Shown here one piece after another: positions 23,101-35,039 of a stretch of DNA of 64,000 bases. The notes beneath the pieces were generated by a model. That model saw nothing but the letters and a program-made list of their open reading frames with translations. It did not search any database and had not been told where the DNA came from. Source of the stretch: Strigamia acuminata (lineage: Eukaryota); assembly GCA_949358305.1 (NCBI GenBank), contig OX442314.1:32860001-32924000 (forward strand). The letters run 5' to 3'. The position numbers and the translations under genes are program-made. Numbering within the stretch: the first letter of the stretch is position 1; each line of letters begins with the position of its first letter.

Positions 23101-25160
23101 ACAGTTACGTAACGGTAACGTCGTTACCAGTAACGCCGTTACAGTAACGGTAACGCGCACAACACTGCATATAACATCACAACTTTGTTTACCAAAATGA
23201 CTGCCTGCCTGCATGAATACCTACATGCTTAACCTGGGTTTTGTCCTAGTTTTGTCACGCTAACTTGCCGACGTAATGCTTTGTCCTCAATTAGGAGGAT
23301 GATTAGATCCTTACTTGCTCAAAACTCTCAATCCAAATGAGAATCAGTTGAAACGGAGTATAATCGAAATCGAAAGATGTATTATCGAAACGTCGAACCG
23401 ACAATTGATTTTTGCCAATCCAATTGAAATGTATCAATTTCGTCAGGCAGTTTGACACTAGAATAGGAACACAAGATAAATAAAAAAGATAAAAAAATAT
23501 ATAAATTAAAGTGCATTGAGAGGGATTTTGTTCATTTACTGAAATCCGATTAGAAAAAACAAGCAATCGTCCAAAAAAATTTTTTTTTTATTATTTGGGT
23601 ATTAACAATGACACTTTTTGTTCTGGGACATCAGTTCGTATCAGTCATGCACATGCGCAGATTGACAGTTGATTCAAAATTCGATTCGCGAATATTTTTT
23701 ATGATTTATGATGGTTTGAAAAATCGCTAAACTGTGGCATTTATCGTTTTTCAAGCATTTTCAATCAATTTTGTCGTACAAAAATAATGGATTGATTGAT
23801 CTACCTCGGGCAGCATAACTTTTTTCCGCAGCGACACTACCGATCATCCGCCCATTACCGATCGCCAGACACGCTAAGCGAGCAACGCCCTTTTTACACT
23901 CATTTTTGTACTGCGCCTTGTGAGTTTGGAGACCTAACCTAATTCAAATATTTTAATTAGAAATGAGTGAAAAAGGGGCGTTGATCAGTAGTGTCGATGT
24001 GGAAAAAAATATATGCACCCCTGGCCAAATAAACTTCAGAAATCACTGTGTTAAGCTCCCATCATGGAAAGCTTTTTGTTGACTAAATTTTGTGATTGTT
24101 ACTTTAAAACAATTACTACAACAATTTAGAATTTTTCAGAAAATATAAAAATCCCACTCAGTAGGCGCATTCGAAAAGTAATTTGCACTAAACGACCAGT
24201 GCAACTGGTAGTGTAAATTTCAAGTTAAACGACCCAATTTTCGAGTTTCAAAATAAATTTCTGTGTAAAATTCAGTAGTGTAAATTCAAGTGTAAATATT
24301 AAATTAGTCCAAATAATAACCATAGTCATTATTGTTGTTGTTTACTCTAAAAAAAAAAAACAGGAGATTATAAAAACATGATTATAAAATGTAAATTTAT
24401 TTTAATTATTTGTATTATTAATATTTATTTCCGAACGGGAATCGGCTGAACATCCGCCTCAATCGCACAAACGCGGCCGAACGTCGGCCGAACGTCGGCC
24501 GCATTCGATTGTACAAATGCGGCCGAACGTCGGTCGAACGTCGGCCGTATTCGATCGTACAAATGCGGTCGAACATCGGTCGCATTCGATCGCAAGAATG
24601 CGGCTAATACCTGCTAAAAAATTGTTCTTGCGATCGACATCGTTCCAACCGATCTAACGAAAATCCAAGATGGCTGCCAGCAAGACCCGATTTCAACGAG
24701 AAAACTCGTTGCACGGAGATTTTAAACGGAAACGTGGCGTACAGGCCGTTTCCGTTTAACCAGTTTACACGACATTTACACGAATTAATTCGTGTAAATG
24801 TCGTGTGAAAACGAGTGTAAACACGTTTACACTCGTTTTAATGACTTTTCGAATGCGCCTAGTGCACTTGACCTATAAACTTGGAATTTAAGAACCGTAA
24901 TTATCTTGATGAAATATGATGTGTATTCTTCCTGAATTTGTGATTCGCATAATATTAGATAAATAAAAAATAAGTTCATCATTACATTTAGCAAAAGGTG
25001 AATTAGATAAAGAAGTGTTTTCCCGTGCTAAAAGAAAAGAGAAATGCCATAATTACTTAATTCCTCAGAATATATACGATATAATTATCAAAATATTACT
25101 TTTTGAAATGTCGATACATCCAGAGAGCAAGCAAAAGAAAAATACTTTTAAAATGTTCAT
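14190..25160 (-). CDS. Ionotropic receptor copy 2; 11 exons, introns expanded by transposons
   Basis: ATG at 25160 (MNILKVFFFCLLSG). All 11 exons were found open with the same phases as copy 1 (e.g. ~23458-23316, ~18518-18348, ~16686-16425, 16363-~16176, 14747-~14497; last exon ends 14190). Two splice sites look weak: the GTTCTT donor and the AAG acceptor. Confidence 0.75.
15149..16008 (+). mobile_element. Deleted LTR-retrotransposon relic in IR intron 9
   Basis: 50-bp direct repeat starting TGTGGTGTATTAA at 15149 and 15815. The second copy follows a polypurine tract AAGAGAGAGAAGGAG. An ORF tail ends at 15615. The right boundary is uncertain and no TSD was found. Confidence 0.55.
17320..17704. 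mobile_element. TA-targeting MITE (CCGTA family), 385 bp
   Basis: 23-bp TIR CCGTACTGCCTTGAACAATGGCC and TA TSD. Empty sites ttttcacTAttttct in the paralogs (~5323, ~29313). Internal 18-bp tandem GGCGCTTAATCAAGAGCC x3. Confidence 0.92.
20940..21882. mobile_element. Non-autonomous pogo/Tc1-mariner-type element, 943 bp
   Basis: TIR CCGTAAAACGGGGTGRATAGG. TA TSD at 20938-39 and 21883-84. Removing it restores the hAT reading frame. Confidence 0.9.
21914..22327. mobile_element. TA-targeting MITE (CCGTA family), 414 bp
   Basis: Imperfect TIR CCGTACTGCCT..TTTAAACGC. TA TSD at 21912-13 and 22328-29. Removing it restores the hAT reading frame. Confidence 0.9.
23808..24021. mobile_element. Old imperfect fold-back MITE
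   Basis: Imperfect inverted arms (cgacactac...caacgccctttttacactcattt / aaatgagtgaaaaaggggcgttg...gtagtgtcg). No clear TSD. Confidence 0.45.
24163..24860. mobile_element. 698-bp MITE with 3-bp TSD (PIF/Harbinger-like)
   Basis: 17-bp TIR AGGCGCATTCGAAAAGT, with AGT on both flanks. Internal palindromes and CGGCCGAACGT repeats. Confidence 0.85.
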
Positions 25161-25589
25161 CCTCCAATTGGTCTCTTATCTGGCCCGTTGTCTCAACACG
25201 ACCTCACGATATGAAGAAACCTTGTGTTGATGGTTTGCTTTAGCAACTGTTGCCCAGTTTAAACAATTAAACTTTATGTGTATTGGCATCCGGTGTCGAC
25301 ATCCGACAAACACGTCGTGACCGTTCCAAACCTAGAGCAGCCAGCAGAGGGGCGGAATTTTCTCAACAAAGTCACATATTGATGTTTTCTTCTTTTTATT
25401 AAAAGGCCCAGCGAGGAGTGGATTTTGTGTACGTTTTGTTCTTGCTTGGCATGTTATTTATTTAAACAAATGTTCATTTTCATCTTACGTGGGAAAATAG
25501 GCGCGTCAAAGTTTCTGTTGTTAGTACGTGCTACGAGCCCATAACCAAATGCCATGCGCAAAGCAGAAACCTTTTGCTTCAACTAAAAA

Positions 25590-26257
25590 AATTGATGACG
25601 ATAAAGAGTATTCATCACTGCACGGCGACATGCTGATGTTGATGGAATTGAGTTTGTCTCGTCACAATCCCCGTCTCTAATCACGTCTTATCGAGACGAC
25701 GAAGACAAAGGAAAAGAATGCATCAAAGCATTGATATTGGAAACCCACGAAAAAAACGCTGTGTAGTTCTCAAAATCATCTCAAGTTTCTGTGTAATTCG
25801 ATAGACTCAACTTATTCACGACATATTTGTCGCAGCAATCAGCCTGGCAATACTTAAATCCAGCTCTGATTTTCATAGGTCGTTAAAAACGACCAAAGTA
25901 GATCTCATTCAGTCTGAAACTTGTGATATTGTGAATAATGTTTGATTTCGTATCAATTTTGTTGCTTACTAGAGGAATCAGCACAACTTCAGCCTTCTGC
26001 AATTTAACACGTCATTTCAATCGATCGAGTTTTGAACCCTTCCTTCGGTTGAATGCGACGTGCGAATTGAAGTGTATTATACGCTGCAGCTCAGTCAATC
26101 TAAAAAAAACGGAATATTTCATCACATAAGGAAATGTTTGATCCAGTTTCTGTGAACAATCTTTACTGTTTCCGCCAAAGTTGAACTCGTTGATCTCGAT
26201 CTCGCTGCATCCATGTTGTCGTGTAGTTCACGGTGTAGTTCAACCGAGTATTGCCAT
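25590..26257 (-). pseudogene. Degraded gene of an unknown family (related relics at ~10690-11035 and ~32360-32705)
   Basis: A GT-AG intron joins ...VQLWRKQ to LTELQRIIHFN..., followed by a long frame broken by several stops. A similar WRK|intron|..HIVHF pattern occurs in the other two relics. Confidence 0.35.
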
Positions 26258-26784
26258 CTGGCGAAAAAATAACTAAACTCCGACAAACACGCTCCACATT
26301 TAAACATTTTTTCAAGTTCATTACTCGCCATTCGAAAACCGTAAAATAAAAAAAAAAATAAAAAACCTAATTTCCTCTTTTCGGTTACTCTTCTAACTTA
26401 CTATAGGACTTTTGATAGTCTCATAGTTTCATTCATGTTTTAGCGTCATCTGGGTTCATGTCGGTTTCACCATCATCTTTTCACGAACTAAATCTGCCTA
26501 ACCGACTCAGTAGAAATGAGCTCCGTGAACACAGATTAGGGGTGTACAATATATTTTATTGGCCGATAACCAAACAAAACTTTAATTTCTAACAGGTCTG
26601 ATTCTAGATCTAAAAATGTAAAAATGTCACTCAAGTAGCAATGTTGTGAAGCATCCGTGTGATGTTTCTGTTCAAGTGTGCATAAGCAGTTGCTAAATGT
26701 GGGTAGAAACTATCCAATACAGTCAGAATATATCTATTTTATATTTGAGTAAGTGTAGGCCATTAATGTTGCTTTATTAAGAGT

Positions 26785-29700
26785 TTAACTTGCTGAAACT
26801 AAAACATGACATGAGTCAGCTTCAGCTTCTCCGCTATCAGTTGCTACGATAACAGTTGGATTTGGATTTGTGCGCACACTGCCAGTTTCAAACTTGTTCC
26901 AATAAAAAATTTCCAAGAGAAATATAATTCCAGAGCAGAAAACTCCTCCAATTAAAATCAGAAATGCGGTGATTGTGTGGTAAATAGAGATGGGTTTGCA
27001 GTCATAATTTCCTGTTTCGCAAAATGTTGATGTTTTGTATTTATCGTCGAGTCTGTTTACGATTCCTTTTTCGTTTAGGTTCAAATTGCTAAAACGTATA
27101 ATTGAAGTTGAATTTTAAATCCTTTACAAATTTACTACTACAGTACTCACTTCTGATTAAATAACTCAACATGTTTGGATTTTTTATTAAACATGAAATA
27201 ATTTGACATATCCCCAATGGGAATTTTTATGAAACTAAACGTACAGTTTTGTCCGTACGCCTGTTTGAGCAAATTGTACAAGTGGATGAGGGCATTTTTG
27301 TTCTTCGAAAGTAGTTTTGGAGCATCAGTGAAGAAAATGTTTCCTTCCCCGGGACTTTTTTCCATCCGATGCCAAATTTCCCGTGTAAGATTTGTTTCTG
27401 CATTCTGCCATAGAAAAATAAGAACTATGCAATTACAAGTACCACCTACAAATTCCAAATCCATACACTTTCATTTGTTGATCTGTACTAAACTAAACTC
27501 TATCTACCTGGGTGCACAATTCCTACCAAAAAAAGGCATAAAAATATAGCATTCTTAACCGCATACAGTTAACAGGCACCTTTTGATATTTAAATAGTGT
27601 AACAATTTAAGTCAAGAGGTGTTTTGACATTTCTATCCATTACCTTAATGAGCTTGTAAGGTAACAACACTCCGTAAGCGTAAAGATTGACTCTGTCGTC
27701 TAACAATAAGTCTTGAATGCTGTTGTATTGCAGGCGTGATGTTGTAACAGTGAGTGATGCATATAGTACCACACTGTAGCTTGAAATGATTAGCAGACGA
27801 AACAAGTTTTCCGTTCCAGTAACAGTATAAGCTTTAATGTACAATAAAAATTATTTGTAATTGATGGTAAACGTGACTTGTAAATTGATTAGTAATCTCA
27901 TTGAAGTGTCTTTACCTGAAGTTGAGGGTTTGCTTTTGTGGTTTTGGGTGATCGAAGCAACAGAGAGCGCGATCAAGAAATAAGTAGCTAAAATACACCA
28001 CCAAACAACCATAGAAAACGGTTTGAAAAATGTCAACCATAAGTATTCTTTGATGACAGTGTCCTCTCGTATGACGAATGCAAATGTGTCTATCACGATA
28101 GGAGAATTGACAAAGTCGAAATTCAGCACACGTTCTGTACTCATTCCAAATAAAGTTCTGACGATGTCATATTGCTGATAAAAGAATAGGCAAGTTGAAT
28201 AAAAAATGAATTCTGAAAAATGTTGTGTGTTAACATATATTAAAGTGTGCACTTTCTTTGGATTAAAATCAATCACATACAGAATTTCTAGATAAAATGA
28301 TTTTGTCTCGTGTTTAAGCGATCCCGTGAATTGGCTGGCTTCTGCACTTCATTTCAGCTGGTACAGTGCAATAAAAGCTCAACAGATGGCGTTTGCCACT
28401 GTGATGTAATTGGTTTGAGCTATTGAAGTTAACAGGGGGAATAAGAGTTAACTTAGTAACAGAAGCTTCCCATTAAGGTTAGTTCTTATAGAGTTCCAAA
28501 ACTAGCAACTGCCTTCTAGTGCATGGACAGGCATGAGCTTAGTTATTATCAGAACATAACTTAGGCACATGCCTAACTTGTAAGTTATGTTATGATAATA
28601 ACTTAAATTATTTTCATTTATGTCATTTATTTTAGAATTAAGATAGAGGGAAGACAAATAGTTTGTATTGAACAAAAGCATGTAACTGATAATTATTTTA
28701 TGAGTTTTAGTTAAATGCCAGATATCTGTAAACTACATTTCTGACTTGAATAATTCAAGCTTAAGTTAATTTCCTAAACATTTGTCCCATTGTTAAACCA
28801 TTGTTGCGGGTAGGAGAGATTATAAACGGTAATTGATTCTTTATTCAGATTTCAATCTGCCAAGCTAGTTTGTTTGCTTTTTTTCTCGTTTATAATTGTG
28901 ACAAAATAAATTTGCTCACAAAAATTTCAGGTCAGTCTCAACTTATTGGAATCGACTGTACTTCCAGCTATCCTGTACTAACCATATAAGGGATAGTAAC
29001 CTTGTGCAAACTTACTAATATCACAACGTTTTAATAAACACACTTACTTTCTTTTTCAGATTTTTAAGTTTATTATTGTCATCCTTAATGGTAATATTTA
29101 CTATTGAGCTAGAAATGTAGAAAGGTTTTAGTCAACCAACTGAAAGTATAGTTTACCACGCAACAAAAACTTTACCAAATGTTACTGAATTTCTCCAATA
29201 CGTGATCAAGCTTTTCGAAAAGTTTGAATTGAAAACCGTATTTCGGTTTTATTTCAAGCTATAAAAATGAAGAAGATTTCGTAGTTAACTTGTGTTCGAT
29301 TATCGTTTTCACTATTTTCTTTTTTGATTATTAATTTTGCTTTGGGCAAGTATGGGGTAGGAGTGTACTTGACAGCGCAAAAAAACCATCCCTCAACCTC
29401 ATTCCACCAATGAAACTGTCATGTTGTGAGAACGGACGGAAACAAATAGCGCACAGGAATGCATAAACAGGCCCGGACGCACAACACATTGATAGAAATG
29501 ACCACAAGAGGCTGTATTTAATCATTTCTTTGTTGATGTTAAGTCGATTACTATTCTCAGTATTTTCTCTTTGGTTATTACTTTCTGTTTGGGCCTGTAT
29601 GAGCGATTGCATGGGCCGTATGGGCAAAAACGGCAGAATAATTAAGGCCAACTGACGCGTCAGACATGGGGATCCCTCCCTGTGCGTGACGGGCCGGTTG

Positions 29701-31443
29701 CTGGTGTGGCGTGTCTTCGAGGCACTGCAAGCACATGGGTAGATGGGAGACCGACCCCTAGACAAACAGATTAACAAAGGCCAATCACCCACCAATCTGG
29801 AGTCCCTATCTTTATTTACATGGTAACACGTCCCCAAGTTGCCATGGATAAGATATTGCCGTCACACCGGTAGAACATATGCATTGACCAAAAGGGATAA
29901 TCACACAAGGGGGTTGGATTGTTTTTGTTTTCTCTGGAAAAGTCCACCAAATAGTCAACATTGGTCTTCCTCTGTAGAAGACCCATCCATAACTGCTTTC
30001 AGTGCTGGGTAGATTTACACTGGACCTTTCGTGACACACTTGCACCATTCAGTTTTACCTCCTCCCTATTATTAGTCCCCATAAATCTGCCATGCAATAT
30101 TATTTAAAATTACTATTTCAATTGTAGTAGCATGCTTTACCTCCGCTACAGTAAAATTTTGTTTTTTCACAATCACTGGTGTTTGAGAAATCTTTTCAAA
30201 TTGACATTTTTGTTGCTCCGCACAATTCATCCCTAAGTTGGTTGTTTGAAAAATGTTCCCATCAGATTGATGTTTCAATAACTGCAAGCTAAAATTCTGT
30301 AATATCAGATTTAAAAAATATGTACAATATAAATAAACTTCCTTATTTTAAATTATATAGTTAATATATTTTTAAAATCAAATATATTGAATGTTAATCT
30401 TTGTAGACAATAATTGCACCAATCTTTAATCCGTAACGGTGGTTTTCATTTTGGTGTCATCAATTAATGACCCTGTATCGTTTTGAACGAGCAGATTTGG
30501 ACACACACCGTGTACTTTTAGATGTGTTGAAGATAAACGGTGTTAATTAAGAACAAAATAAACATTCTGCAAACATACTGTTAATAATACTTTAACTACC
30601 GGTATTGACTCATACATTACTGTGTTCAGAATATGTGAATAAGTAAACTGTATTCTGTCTCCATATGATTAGGTCCTGTAACACGGGCAAATCTAGATCG
30701 TGCATTGGATTTGCTGTTCCTCGTGTTTCCTTGAAGACAAATATCAACACTTTCTTTTCAATTGACAAGAAAGTATAATCAGCAAGCTGAAATCAACATT
30801 TACTTTAAGTATAAGTTATATTACCACTAGGAAGAAATGCTATTATTGGAACAAGAATTAGGTGGACAAGCATTACTGTTTGCAAGTAAGTCAATACCTA
30901 CGTCTGACTTGTCAACCTAATGCTTCGTCCTCAATTTGGGATATAATTAGACCTTTACTTGCTCAAAACGTTCTATCCAAATAAGAATGAGCTGAAAATG
31001 AGTATAATCGAAATCTAGTGATGTATTACTGAATCGTTGTGCTGACATTTGAATTTTTCCAATCCAATTGAGATGCATCAATTTCACCACGCAGTTCGAT
31101 ACTAAAATCAGAACATCCGATAAATTAGGAATATAAAACCAAATTAAATTTGGGATTTAGAAACCATAATCATCTTGATAATGAATGATGTGTACTCTTC
31201 TTGGCTCGGTGATTTGAACAATATTAGACAATTGAAAACGGAGTTCATTATTGCAGTTAGCAAAGGGTGAATTAGATAAAGAAGTGTTTTGCCGTGCTAA
31301 AAGAAACAATCAATGAACACACATTCTAATTAGCTATTGCTAGAAATATTTAATAAACAAATACTTTTTGATACGTCGGCACATCCAGAAAACAAGTAAA
31401 AGGAAAATACTCGTAAAATGTTGATCCGCCAAGTGGTCCCCAT
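26785..31443 (-). CDS. Ionotropic receptor copy 3; 11 exons
   Basis: All 11 exons open with the same phases as copy 1. The ancestral ATG is ATC (31425-31423), but an in-frame ATG lies at 31443. Stop at 26785. Confidence 0.78.
29598..30004 (-). repeat. Interspersed repeat (probable LINE 5'UTR) shared with IR copy 1
   Basis: Paralogous to 6770-7160. Confidence 0.6.
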
Positions 31444-31809
31444 CTAGCCCGTTCTCTCAACCTTCATAAGAGGGACAACACTGCCACACAACGTTAATTT
31501 TTCCTGTGTTGTTGATTTGCTTTGGCAACTGTTTCCCAGTTTATACCATTAAAGTTTATGTGTATTGGCATCCGGTGTCGACATCCGACAACATGTTGTG
31601 ACTATCCAGGTCTAAAGTAGCCAGAAGAACTTGATGGGGCGGGATTATCTCAACATAAAAATTCACTTATTGACATTTTCTTCTTTTTATCAAAAAAAGG
31701 TGTTGGACTGAATAAAAGGCTGAGCATTTAAAAGCAAACTGAAAAAATAAAGACTACTATCGCTTGTGACCCTTGTAATTGGCTCTTAATTGGTTTTCTA
31801 CTCATTCTG

Positions 31810-32100
31810 GAGGAGGATGAGGAGCATTTGGCCCAGATTGCCAGGTTGCTCGGAGATATCCCGCTCAAGATGGTTTTTAGGGCGAAGAATAGAAAGGATT
31901 TATTCACCGATGAAGGGAAACTAAAAAAATACCCTAAAATGCAAAATGACGGACTAGCACAGCTGTTGACGAGGAAATTTAGATGGAATGTTGATGAAGC
32001 GCAGCAATTTGCGGATTTTTTACTGCCAATGTTGGCGATTAATCCGAACGACCGTTCCTCAGCAAAGAAGTCACTCGGCCACCAGTGGCTGCAATTTTAA
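31810..32100 (+). pseudogene. SRPK: SRPK-like kinase 3' fragment
   Basis: EEDEEHLAQIARLLGDIP...FADFLLPML...HQWLQF; the 5' two-thirds is missing. Confidence 0.8.
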
Positions 32101-33281
32101 TATAACGATTTTTTTTAATAAAGTTTAAATAATGTTTTAAATCACTTGTGATGTAATATCTTAAAAATGCCCAATGCCCACGAAAACGTAAAAAGATGTG
32201 TTCATATTGTATAATTGTATAACTTGATTAACAATATTCTGTTTTAATAACTCCGATAAAATTACTTCAATTATTTTTTAAATTAATCAATCACACACAG
32301 GTGACTGCGGGCTGCATGCCATTGCGAAGGAATTACTTAACTTTTTAGTATTTTTCAAGTACAGTATATAAGTTGAAATAGACTCGGCACTGCTTAAAAA
32401 AAACCGGTTTTACACGAACATCACAGAATACGAAAATTCTAGGATGTTCCGTGTCAATTTTGTACTTACCCGAGCATTCGTCAGCTTCAGCACACGTTCA
32501 ACCTGGAGCATTCTAACTCGTCGTATAAACCAGAGACACGAAATGTACGATATGCAGCGAAGGTCTATCGAAATAATAACTCATATCACCATTTAACAAA
32601 ATGTTCGATCCATTTTAAGCTGCTTGATACAATATTTACCGTATTCGCCAGTTGCTCTCGCCGATGTCGTCGCCGCCATGATTTTATGCAGCCCACTATT
32701 GCCATCTGGCGAAGAAATTATTAAACTCTAATAAAAACGCTCCAAAATCGGACATTTTGTAGTTAATTTCTTGATATCTGCAGAATAAATAAAACAATTA
32801 TGACAACTCCCTTATTCTTTACGGTTCTTTTGGTTTAAATAAACCCGGAAAAACACTAGCTTGAATAAATAAATAAATTCTTCAAAGAAACCATCCCATA
32901 GTGTTAAAAACCGTGATGCCACCTAGTGACGCACAATCAAACAAATTAAAAATTTCCTACCAAGTGCTGCAGCGAAGGTTTTTCAAGCAATAAATTCATA
33001 TTTCCTCCAAAAACAAGTTTTAAAATCTATTCCAATTTTATTCTAGTATTGCCCAGCCCCTGTCTTCCAAACACAACAAACGCAAACTTATTTCAAACTC
33101 TTTTTATTACAATAACAAAACTTTTAATTCGACCTCGACTAAATACAATTATTAAACTATTATTTTTTAAACAAAAACATCAAATTTTCTTCTTCATCTC
33201 CATCACAAACCCGAATAACATCTCTCACTTCAGCAAATCAGGTGTAACTGAAAAAAGAATTAAATCTCACATTTTATTCCA

Positions 33282-34286
33282 TCAAAAAACAAAAATTTCA
33301 TTACGTCGCGACGGACTTTCGCTGCTCGTGCTTAATATTATGCTCTCAGCTAAAGACTGCAAACTCGAACGTCGGCCACTACTGATAAAACTCGGAGCAA
33401 CACTTCCTACACTTCCTTCGATACTCGCTGCATCAGAACTCGAGTCCGCTTCTCCGGAGTAATATTTCTCTTCATCGCTTTTTTCTCCGTGTTCCTGCCT
33501 AAATAAAATTGTAAAACGAGTAAATTTTAATAAACTCTATAGAAAAAGACGTAATCAATACCTATTTGGTTCAGCACAGGTCCCGTTTGATCGATTGGCC
33601 TCTCCGTCGCCAATATCTTCGATATTTTCCACGCTATTACTTGATTTTTCGCCATTTTCAACCTCATCGTTCGATTTTTCGCCATTTTCAACCTCATCGT
33701 TCGATTTTTCGTCATTTTCCTCTCTTTTTGGATGTTTCACTTCAGTATCCGCTTCGTCCACGAATAATTTCCGTCTTTCGTGGCCACTTTCTATTGTTTG
33801 TGAACTCGTTTCCAATTTTCCTTTAGTTTTCTTAGATTTTGGTAACATTTGGTGCAACTACAAATAAAAATTTTTAGTATTAATATTGATTTCTTTGTTA
33901 CGACATTGCCGGTATATAATTACGTGATGCTTTTTAATATGTTCGACTAAATTCCCACGGCCTGTCGCGTTGCAAAACGGACAAGTTTTCATTTTCTCTC
34001 CCTTGTTAGTCTTGTATTCGACAAAAATACTCGCGGTAATTCTCATGACGCCGAAAGCCATCACTATTCCCATTTTCGTCTTCGTGGAGGCGTTGGACCC
34101 GAAGTTGCAATACAGGAAAAAACAGACGGTAATGAATTCGGTCAGGCTGATCGAACGAACAAAGTTGTTTAAAACGTGGTTCGCGAAGTTATGTACGGTG
34201 TTCACATGGTCTTCGATAATTTCGGCATCCACGTCCTTGTTACAAATGCGACAGCGCAATTTCTCGGGCGGGTTATTGTCGGCCAT
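33282..34286 (-). CDS. 3-exon gene, predicted 291 aa, with two C2H2-like zinc fingers and an acidic/Ser-rich tail
   Basis: Exons 34286-33924, 33857-33562 and 33498-33282 join in frame through short GT-AG introns. Motifs CRIC-x11-HVNTVH and CPFC-x11-HIKKHH. 30-bp repeat encoding ENGEKSNDEV. Confidence 0.7.
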
Positions 34287-34529
34287 TGCCACTAAACAAA
34301 AAAACCTCCGTGTGTCCTCACAGCTCGCGGAGAAACCTCGCTAGAAAGAAATCATTTAAACTTGAGAAAATATGCAAACGAGATTATTTTTGGATAGCCA
34401 ATCGGCGCTGGTTATCAATGACGTTTACATTTCTGACGTACGGTGACGACTGAATTTGTGCTGATTTTGTTTATACGCTGGACGAGATTAAATTCAAACA
34501 TAAATACAGTTGGAACATATCAGCAGCGG

Positions 34530-34680
34530 TGTATTTCTTGGATCAGCAACGTTAATAATTTGACTGCTTAAAACATACGAGCTAAGTTTAAAAATGGCCA
34601 CTGCTAATACGAAAAGGCGGAACTGTTCAGTCGCCACGTTCGTTTTCAACTACGTGAAAGAAACCACTGACTTGTGAGAC
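34530..34680 (+). pseudogene. Relic of a BTB-family promoter and start
   Basis: gtatttcttggatcagcaac...gctaagtttaaaaATGGCCACTGCTAATACG resembles the leaders and MTTANT starts at 52727 and 55588, then decays. Confidence 0.45.
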
Positions 34681-35039
34681 GATCTGTAACCTGTAACACT
34701 GTAAAATTCCAACGAGGAAATACACTCACGTGATGTACAAAGTCGGGATCAAAAATCGTTGGTCTCTAATCGTTTGTTCGTTGAGAGAAAAATACAGCAC
34801 ATCTTAACGAAGAAAACTTTATTTTTACACTAAAAAAGAACTGGGCTTTTTAAGATAATTGGTTCTGGGAAAAAAAAGGGGGGTTTTGGGTTCAAGGGTC
34901 AAAGTTCGAAGGAATCGAAAGGGAGGTCACTCAGTGGTGACCACGTACAGAATTAAATCAAAGAAATCAAAATACAAGCACAACAATCAAAATAAACAAA
35001 TATAAATTTCACCAAATGCGAAATTTCACAAACACTTAA

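Larger units (their letters stand above)
19125..23167 (-). mobile_element. hAT DNA transposon (Ac/Tol2-like) with two nested MITEs
   Basis: 8-bp TSD CATATAAC (19117-19124, 23168-23175). 18-bp TIR CAGTGTTGTRCGCGTTAC. Subterminal GTTAC/GTAAC arrays at both ends. Confidence 0.95.

Noticed and set aside
18637..23258. Older element around the hAT (TGACTGCCTG repeated at ~18639 and ~23198; TGTGAC...GTCAC ends)
   Set aside because: The sequence is extra relative to paralogous introns, but its boundaries and TSD cannot be fixed.
24470..24600. CRISPR-like repeat array
   Set aside because: Short degenerate repeats without unique regular spacers, inside a MITE in eukaryotic DNA, with no cas genes.
28311..28780. 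Possible solo LTR (TGTTTA...TAAACA) in IR intron 7
   Set aside because: No TSD, PBS or PPT was found; support is insufficient.
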